This document shows positions 52,824 to 61,276 of a DNA stretch of 61,276 bases, one piece after another; position 1 is the first letter of the stretch; each line of letters begins with the position of its first letter. The notes below the pieces were generated by a model. That model saw only the letters and a program-made list of their open reading frames with translations. It had not been told where the DNA came from and did not search any database. A program made the translations under genes and the position numbers. The DNA comes from Octopus sinensis (taxonomy: Eukaryota), in contig NW_021833835.1 of the NCBI RefSeq assembly GCF_006345805.1, forward strand, positions 1-61,276, read 5' to 3'.

Positions 52824-53430
52824 TGCTATTTTTGTGACGTTAGTGGTAGTTTAGTCCTAGGTAATTTCTAACCATACAGATCCTATGATAAAGTAGTGAG
52901 ATGTGACTGCTATATCTAGCAGGTCAATCAATCACTTAGAGGCTGTCACATCTTATGTGCAGGTGTGATATGTAGAAATACAAGATTATAAGTACACGTG
53001 CCTGAGTGTGAGTGTAAAAGCGTGTGCCAGGGGTGTCACAATATGAGGCAAATTACACGTTCAGTCACGTGATATTCGGTGGTGTTTGTTACAACTGGAT
53101 AAACAACAACACCAACAAGATTGATTATTTGTGTTTTATATTTGGTGAAAACTTAACACGGAATCTATCAACAGTTGAAGATGCAATACTCAGAGTATAT
53201 GGCAGATTACAATGTTCGATGAAGACCGAAAATACTAAGAGACAAGTTTGGAGAAACCAAATTCACAATCAAGCACAGCCTTTTTATGTGTTTGCCTAAG
53301 AAGAGGTGAACAAGGCTTACGTTATACCATTTGTTCTGGTTTAACATTTAGCTATTATTTCTAGTAGGTCAAGTCAACGAGTTGGCTGAATCATCAAAAT
53401 GTCAAACGAAATGCTTAGCAGATTTTTTCC

Positions 53431-53844
53431 GGATCTATTCGATTTGAACGGCAGTTTTTAACATAATTTCTAGGTAACTAAAAAATTTTAAACTTCGTAT
53501 ACTGGTAGAATGTGTTTATAAAACATCTTTTTCTCTTGGCTTTATTAAGAAAATTCTATAGTTTGTAAGATTTTTTTTTTCTTCAATTTCTGCAATTTCA
53601 ACCATTCAGTGACGTCTATTGAATTAAAAAGCATTCTGTGCCGTATGAATATGTCCCTCGTTTAAGAAACAGATTGGGTTTATTTACATTTGTGAAGAAA
53701 AAAGATACTCTTCCCCCACCCCTAACCCTAACCCCAACCCTAAAAGTGATTGAAATGCAATAGATCCATTCTAGGGTCATAATTATGGGGGACAATTTCA
53801 TATGACACCGCTAGAAAAAACTGCCGTTCAAACCGAAAAGATCC
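53431..53844. mobile_element. MITE with ~29-bp TIRs and 8-bp TSD, inserted in a SINE B
   Basis: TIR GGATCT(A/T)TTCG(A/G)TTTGAACGGCAGTTTTT; TSD TTTTTTCC (53423-53430 / 53845-53852). Confidence 0.93.
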
Positions 53845-54793
53845 TTTTTTCCGGCTTTACGTTCTGAGTTCAAATACCAACAAGATCGATATTCCTTTTC
53901 ATCATTTCAGAGTCAATAAAATAAGCACTAGTAGAACACTGGTATTAATGTAATTAATTCATCCTTTTCAGAAAATTGATGGCGTTCTGCCAAACTTATA
54001 AAGGATTATATCTAGATGGCCGACCAACTAGATATAACCTATATGTAATTCTAGAACTGGTGACTAGTGGAACTGGTAAAGACGAGGGAAACGATTCTTA
54101 CCATTATTAGTTACAACTAACTCGGTTCGAGTTTGCTCCCCATCTTTCTTCTGTAACAGGAGTTAATTCATTCAAGGATGTCACTCCCACAGCGTTCAAA
54201 GAATTGCACTTATGCAAGCAATAATTTCGGTAACGCGGGTAGGATGTTTTCCAAAACGTATTTATACAACACTATAGAACATACACGCACAAGCACAGTT
54301 TTTTTACATCTATTTACAATTGTTTCATCTAAATTCGATATACTGATACTTCCGTAGACACTTTCATAATGATACCATAAGTGAAAAGTTCGTACTATTA
54401 GGGAAAATTTCTCTGTCACAGAATATATGTGCTCCTAATCTAATGGTGTAAAGGGCTGTTTAGAAATCTTCCCAAAATAGGTTTCTGATGTTATATAATT
54501 AATAATTTTCCAATAAATATCTATTACTGTATTATGAAATAATATATACAACAATCCACTCGTGAGATGTCATTAACACGTATTGTATAATAACTTCTGA
54601 ACGTTTGTTAATCAATATTCCTTTAAAATGTAAAATGCACAATACTTCTTCTAAACAAAGATTACATAACAAAGAATTCTCATCATACGGCTATTGCAGT
54701 CCTTACCACGGAGCATGAAGTGCTGTATTAAATCTTCTTTTCCGTCACATGACAAATAAGTTTAGCCAACAAAGTAGTATATCTCACGTGTGT

Positions 54794-55178
54794 GGAGACG
54801 CAATGGCCCAGTGGTTAGGGCAGCGGACTCGCGGTCATAGGATCGCGGTTTCAATTTTCCAGACCGGGCGTTGTGAGTGTTTATTGAGCGAAAACACTTA
54901 AAGCTCCACAAGGCTCCGGCAGGGATGGTGGTGATCCTGCTGTACTCTTTCACCACAACTTTCTCTCACTCTTACTTCCTGTTTCTGTTGTACCTGTATT
55001 TCAAAGGGCCAACCTTGTCACTCTCTGTGTCACGCTGAATATCCCCGAGAACTACGTTAAGGGTACACGTGTCTGTGGAGTGCTCAGCCACTTACACGTT
55101 AATTTCACGAGCAGGCTGTTCCGTTGATTCGGATCAACCGGAACCCTCGTCGTCGTAACCGACGGAATGCTTCCATCC
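54794..55178 (+). mobile_element. SINE family C, full length with TSD
   Basis: Near-identical to 17681-18072; TSD ATATCTCA(C/T)GTGT(G/A)T (54779-54793 / 55179-55193). Confidence 0.93.
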
Positions 55179-55574
55179 ATATCTCATGTGTATATCTCGA
55201 AATGACGCGTTGCGGCTACGCTATTGATTTATGAAAAAGACCAGCGCTGGATCTATACTTTAGTATTCATTTACCTCAGTCCGGAGAGAGGATTTTTATG
55301 CAATGTTTTCACTGTCTGCCAGATAGCCTGGATTTGTGGACGAGCTTAAAACAGTAAACTCCTCTAAAATGGGGTCAGCACACGACGGCAAAATATCGAT
55401 ATCTGTCGTCCTTGTTCAATTCTGGAGCGATTTCGTTTCACCGAGTTTCGATATATATTGTGTTGTTTAACACGGTACGTTTTCAAAGAGGTTTCTTTTA
55501 CGAGAAATACCGAAGCAGTTTAGAGTTACCGAAGCACATTTGTTATGTTATATTTATTATGATTTCATTACTGC

Positions 55575-55720
55575 GCGGTAACAAGTTTGCTTCCCAACCA
55601 CATGGTTCCGGGTTCACTCCCAGTGTGTGGAAAGGTAGACATCTATCTTCTATAATAGCTCCGAGTCGACCAAAGACTTGTGAGTAGATTTAGATGGGGG
55701 AAGCTATATATATGTGTGTG

Positions 55721-55759
<39 letters not shown>

Positions 55760-55893
55760 ATAAAATTATAAATTAGGGTATCTCGTAGATACCCTAATTT
55801 ATGATTTTAATAATTATTACCTTTGAAGGTTATTTTTTCCATGATGACCACTTGATAAAATCGTTATTTCATTTTTAAATTAACGATCTTATC

Positions 55894-55933
<40 letters not shown>

Positions 55934-56175
55934 CAGAGAGAGAGAGAATTAGGAATGCGTGTCATTGTTATGTGCTTGTCTTCCACCATCGATTGACAAC
56001 CGGTGTTAGTTTATCTGTGTATGCCCTCGTAAATCAGCGGCTCGGTAAAAGGAGGTGATAGAATAAGCACCAAGCTTTGCAGAAAGGTTTGGGGTTTGAT
56101 TCGTTCGGGTAAAATAACCCTTCAAGGCGGTATCCCAACATGGAATGTGTCCGATGACTGAAATAAGTAAACGAT
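55575..56175 (+). mobile_element. Old SINE family A copy with an insertion in its central microsatellite
   Basis: Head cccaaccacatggttccgggttca and tail atcgattgacaaccggtg..gatagaataag..atgactgaaataagtaaa. Confidence 0.7.
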
Positions 56176-56229
56176 TAAAATATATAGAATTGGTGAAGTG
56201 CTTCTGACACAAAATTTGAAATTTGCAAG

Positions 56230-56267
<38 letters not shown>

Positions 56268-57390
56268 AACAAACAAATACACACAGACACACACATACAA
56301 ACACGCACACATACACACACGTACGTAGGCGCGCGCACACACGCACACACGCACACACATATATACATAGATGCATATATAGATACATATATATAATATA
56401 TATATATATATAACTATAAATAAGGGTATCTGACACCACCATGCCGAAATAGCAGTCAAACCCTGACTCTAAAAAACATCTAAAATGTTCATATCGCACC
56501 ACGAGATAAGACAGAGAGACAAAATAAACTAGCAAAAAGATATTAAAGGATAATTCAAGATCCAGGATTTCTAGCTTTGCTTCAAATAAGCTCTGCTTTC
56601 ATCAGTTGAATATACCACATTAGCACATAAATACAAATATATATATATATATATACAAACACACGTTATACTTACATATAGGAACGTCCAAACGTACATA
56701 TATATGCACGTATGTACAAGGCCAGATTTAAATTGCCCGCCAATATATATATATATATATATACACAGGCACCAGCATGCACACTAATTTACAAGCACAC
56801 GTACAAATATATTTATTTAAATACATGTACATACACACATATATATGTAAATATGCATACATACATATATAAACATACATATTCAGAGGTACATAGAGAA
56901 TAATAAAGTTTAATTTCAAATATATTTATTAAAGTAATTTTTCAAAAGAATACCAAAGAGTAACAAAATAAGGTTTAATTAAATAATTAGAGAAGAAAAG
57001 TCGATAGATGAACCCCTTAAATAAACCGTGTCCCTTTTTCCAGTCTTCCTTCTTCCTTTACTTGCCAAATTTAAGTCTTTTAATATCTGTGCCTGCCCCT
57101 TTTTCCTGTCTTCCATTTTTCTTAACAGTAGTGAAACCTTTTATTAAATAAATAAAAAAGGAAAAGAAGATAACAAAAAGCAGAATAAAACAAAAAAGGA
57201 CACAAAAAAAACATGAAAATGCACACAAACACTCACACACAAACACTCACACACACACGCTCACACACACACGCTCACACACGTAAACATACCCACATAA
57301 ACGCACGTGAACATGTTTACATTTACGCATATACGCTCGCTACAGTCGCTCGCATTCGCAGATAAGTATAAACACAGGTGTATACACACA

Positions 57391-57421
<31 letters not shown>

Positions 57422-58123
57422 GCACACACACACAAATTCATAAATATAATCACACATGCTCACAAACACACGCATATATCTATATATATATATATACATT
57501 CATATTTATATCCACAAATCCACAAACACTCACACACACACATACCCTTATACACTCTCATATACTTAAAGACACACACACACGCACACGCACACACACA
57601 CGCACACACACACAGAAAAGGACATACACACGCGCTCTCTCGTACGCTTCCATATAAATACAAAATGGAAATTGTAAAAGTAATAACTGCCCCTCCCCTC
57701 ATATCCTCCCACAAGAAGAGAAAGAAGGAACCCCCGCTTTGTGTTTTTTAATTCGATAATCACAGGGCTTCGGATTACAAATGAGAATATATTGCAAAGG
57801 GGGGTCGAGTTAGGGAGTTCAATTTTCCGGAAACGACCCCTAAGTCTTGCTAACAACGAATACAAAACGTTATTGAACTTTAACAAAGCATCGAAAAGAA
57901 AGAATGGGGAAAAGAAAAACAGAAAAATTCAACAAAGAATAATAAAAAAAAAATAATAGGGGTAAGAGAATTGACCCGGAAAGTTTTTATAGTCGGGATG
58001 AGTTTGATGAGGTGTGAGTGAAGGTACTAGAGGACCACCTTCTGAGTGCGAGTGAAGGTCTATGAGCGCGTGTATATGTTTGTGTTTGTGTATGTGTGTG
58101 TGTATTGAGTATCTGTCTGTGAA

Positions 58124-58333
58124 AGGTGGCGAGATGGCAGAATCGTTAGCACGCCGGGCGAAATGCTTAGCGGTGTTTCGTCTGCCGTTACGTTCTGAGT
58201 TCAAATTCCGCCGAGGTCGACTTTACCTTTCATAAGTACCAGTTACGCACTGGGGTCGATGTAATCGACTTAATCCCTTTGTCTGTCCTTGTTTGTCCTC
58301 TCTGTGTTTAGCCCATTGTGGGCAATAAAAAAT
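58124..58333 (+). mobile_element. SINE family B, near full length
   Basis: Matches 52244-52475 with a small internal deletion. Confidence 0.9.
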
Positions 58334-58767
58334 AAATGAGTATCTGTGTGTGTGTGTGTGTGTGTGTGTCTGCGCGCACGCGCCTGGGTGTCTTTTTATT
58401 GTTTAGACCCAGCTTTGCTCTGATTGGCGTAAATATATGATACTGTGGCCATGACCACCGCGTCGATTATCTAGATGTGTAGGAAACCCAAGACAACGTT
58501 ATAGAATGAAACTTACAGACTACGTTTAAACATAATTTAAGAGAGATTTCGTTGCTACTCTTAGCAAGTCTCACGACTCGAATGTGTGTACGTGTGTGTA
58601 AGTGTGTGTGGGGGGCGCATGGGTGTGTAGAGGAGTGTGGACTTTGTGTGACAGTGTGTGAATATGTGTGTGTGAGTGTGTGTGTGCTTCAGTGGTGCGC
58701 GATGAATTCTGAGGTTGGTTATGCAATAAATACTTATTGGTTGGGCCGTAACATTTTGAAATTATTT

Positions 58768-58800
58768 AACGGAAACTGAAAGAAGCCCGTCGTATATATG

Positions 58801-58876
<76 letters not shown>

Positions 58877-59100
58877 TGTGTATATATATTTGTGTGTCTG
58901 TGTTTGTCCCCCCCAACATCGCTTCACAACCGATGCCGGTGTGTTTACGTCCCCGTAACTTAGAGGTTCGGCAAAAGTGACCGAGGGAATAAGTACTATG
59001 CTTACAAAGAATAAGTACTGGGTTCGATTTGCTCGACTAAAGGCGGTGCTCCAGCATGGCCGCAATCAAATGACTGAAACAAATAAAAGAGTAAAAGACA
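58768..59100 (+). mobile_element. SINE family A, 3' two-thirds
   Basis: acggaaactgaaagaagcccgtcg through aaaagagtaaaaga. Confidence 0.9.
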
Positions 59101-59279
59101 GAGTAAGAGAACACATTTAGTTACTTAATATGGCCACGGTTTTAGACCGTTACGCTGTCTAACAAAAATTAGCCGCTTCATCAGGCTACTCGCCAATTTC
59201 GGGAAAATAATTGACACTCACTCGAGCATTCCTGTTCTGATACTTATTGAACACCGTACATTAAAAGATGACGTCTCGC

Positions 59280-59538
59280 CCGAACACAAAATGCTTGGCG
59301 GTATTTCATCTGTCTTTACGTTCTGAGTTCAATTCCTGCCAAGGTCGACTTTGCCTTTCATCCTTTCGGGGTCGATTAAATAAGTACCAGTTACGCACTG
59401 AGGTCGATATAATCGACTTAATCCGTTTGTCTGTTCTTGTTTGTCCTCTTTGTGTTTAGCTCCTTGTGGGTAGTAAAGAAATAGAAATAGGTATTTCGTC
59501 TGCCTTTACGTTCTGAGTTCAAATCCCTGAGTTCAAAT
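59280..59538 (+). mobile_element. SINE family B with partial tandem restart
   Basis: aaatgcttggcggtatttc..gcctttcatcctttcggggtcg..gggtagtaaagaaatag then ggtatttcgtctg again. Confidence 0.85.
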
Positions 59539-60288
59539 ATATATGCATATATTTATATATATTATTTATATTATATTATATTATATTATATATATATATA
59601 TGTGTGTGTGTGTGTGAGAGAGAGTGTGTATGTGTGTGCGCGTGTGTGTGTATGTATGTATATATCTATGTGTGTGTATGTACTTCATTTTGTATCCCTT
59701 TGTCTCCCTCCCTTCCTCTAAACTCAACTCTGCATATACGTACGTATATCTGTCTGTGTGTGTCTGTGTGTCTGTGTGTCTGTCTGTCTGTCTACTGCTC
59801 TTCATGATTCTCCACACACCTCTACCACCACCTCTAAAACTTCCGTTGCTGCCAGATTTATTCGACATCAAAACTCATATCTTCCATGTCTGAAATAGTA
59901 TTCTTCCATAAAGCAGCTCCGACGTAAAAGAAAAAAAAAGAAAATGACGACGACAAACCACCACCACCACCACCACCACCACCACGAACACGATCACCAA
60001 CACGACAACCACCGCCACCGCCATCACCGATATCGCCGACATCACAGCCATCCCCCTTCACCACCGTGATTACTTAGAACAACTTAATCATCGCCGTCGT
60101 CATAGTTGCCATCATCGTCAAACCAAACGTTACCTTCAACAAGAAGCCTTCAATGACACAATCGTTATCAACAACAATAATAATTGAAGCTACAGGTACC
60201 GCTAATTTTAGTATTACTCTTGCCACTAGTAGCAACACAATTTTTATAATCAAAATTGTGTCTGTATATATAAAAGCAGGATGTGTGT

Positions 60289-60340
<52 letters not shown>

Positions 60341-60384
60341 TGGATTTAATTTATGCACGTCCACAAATTAGCATGCATATCGCT

Positions 60385-60700
60385 CCAATTTTAGGAGGAC
60401 ATTCGTTATGATCCTAGCTCGATACACGGACCGGGATGTGTGTTGTGCTCTTGATCAAAACACTTTATTTCACGTTCTTCCACTCGACTGTTGAAATAAG
60501 TTGCAACGTCTCCGGCACCAAGCTGTATCGGCCATTTACTTTCCCTTCCATAACATCAGTGGCATGTAGAAGAGGAGCCGATCCGCATGGACGTTTGCTG
60601 GTCTTCCATAGACAGCCTTTTGTAGACTTGTTCCTCGGAGGGTAACTTTCTAGGTGCAATCCCATTCCCATTCATGACTGAAAAGTTGGGGGCGGGGGCC
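60385..60700 (+). mobile_element. Old SINE with D-like head and a different tail
   Basis: tgttgtgctcttgatcaaaacactttatttcacgtt resembles the SINE D post-tRNA block; downstream sequence is unrelated to the C/D tail. Confidence 0.5.
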
Positions 60701-60870
60701 TTACCCTTCTTTTTGGTGAGGGGTGGAAGGCTTAGTATTTAGAGTGTTACACTCATAAACTAGCGATCGTGATTTCAGTTCCTAGTCCGTGTGGGGTGTT
60801 GTGTTTTGCTCTGCGATCACTAAGATACCTGATACATGATACAACGTGCACGTGTTCAGACAACGTCAGT

Positions 60871-60917
<47 letters not shown>

Positions 60918-61031
60918 TGTGCGACACGAACATTTGATCACTGTAAACAAATAATTTGTGCAGGTCGTTCAGCAAAAGCTGAATGCTCATACGTTGACTT
61001 CATCAGTAGAGATACCTATTAATACCTATTA

Positions 61032-61112
61032 AGGCGGCGAGCAGACAGAATCGTTAGCACACCGGGCGAAATGCTTAGCAGTATTTCGTCTGCCGCTACG
61101 TTCTGAGTTCAA
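61032..61112 (+). mobile_element. SINE family B head
   Basis: aggcggcgagcagacagaatcgttagcacaccgggcgaaatgcttagc..ttctgagttcaaa. Confidence 0.85.
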
Positions 61113-61276
61113 AGGAGTGGCGGCGGTAGCAGCAACAGTGGAAATGACAACGGCGGTATCAGCGGTGGTGGCAGTAGCAGCAGCAACAGCAGCATCCCAC
61201 CTAGAATTACTCGGTGCAACACCAGCACTAGCATCAGCCCTCCCCCCATCATCTTCATCATCAATAGCATTCGCTT

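Overview
Eukaryotic, extremely microsatellite-rich genomic DNA. The SINE families and repeat landscape suggest a coleoid cephalopod (Octopus-like) intron or intergenic region; this is pattern recognition, not a database result. No intact host gene is evident, and almost all ORF-track entries are translations of simple repeats. Recognisable content: decayed Penelope-like elements (RT + GIY-YIG), an R4/Dong-type LINE remnant, two RTE-type LINE 3' ends (one with three C2H2-like fingers), a full-length frameshifted mariner, a truncated Tc1, several MITEs, Helitron/Helentron derivatives, and many copies of at least four tRNA-derived SINE families. The most striking signal is a set of minimal hammerhead-ribozyme motifs from several unrelated sequence families. 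Most sit in short (TA)n-flanked non-coding cassettes. One is duplicated in a ~430-bp fold-back palindrome and one lies directly downstream of a tRNA-like Pol III promoter. There is weak evidence for small plus-strand exons of a large host gene.
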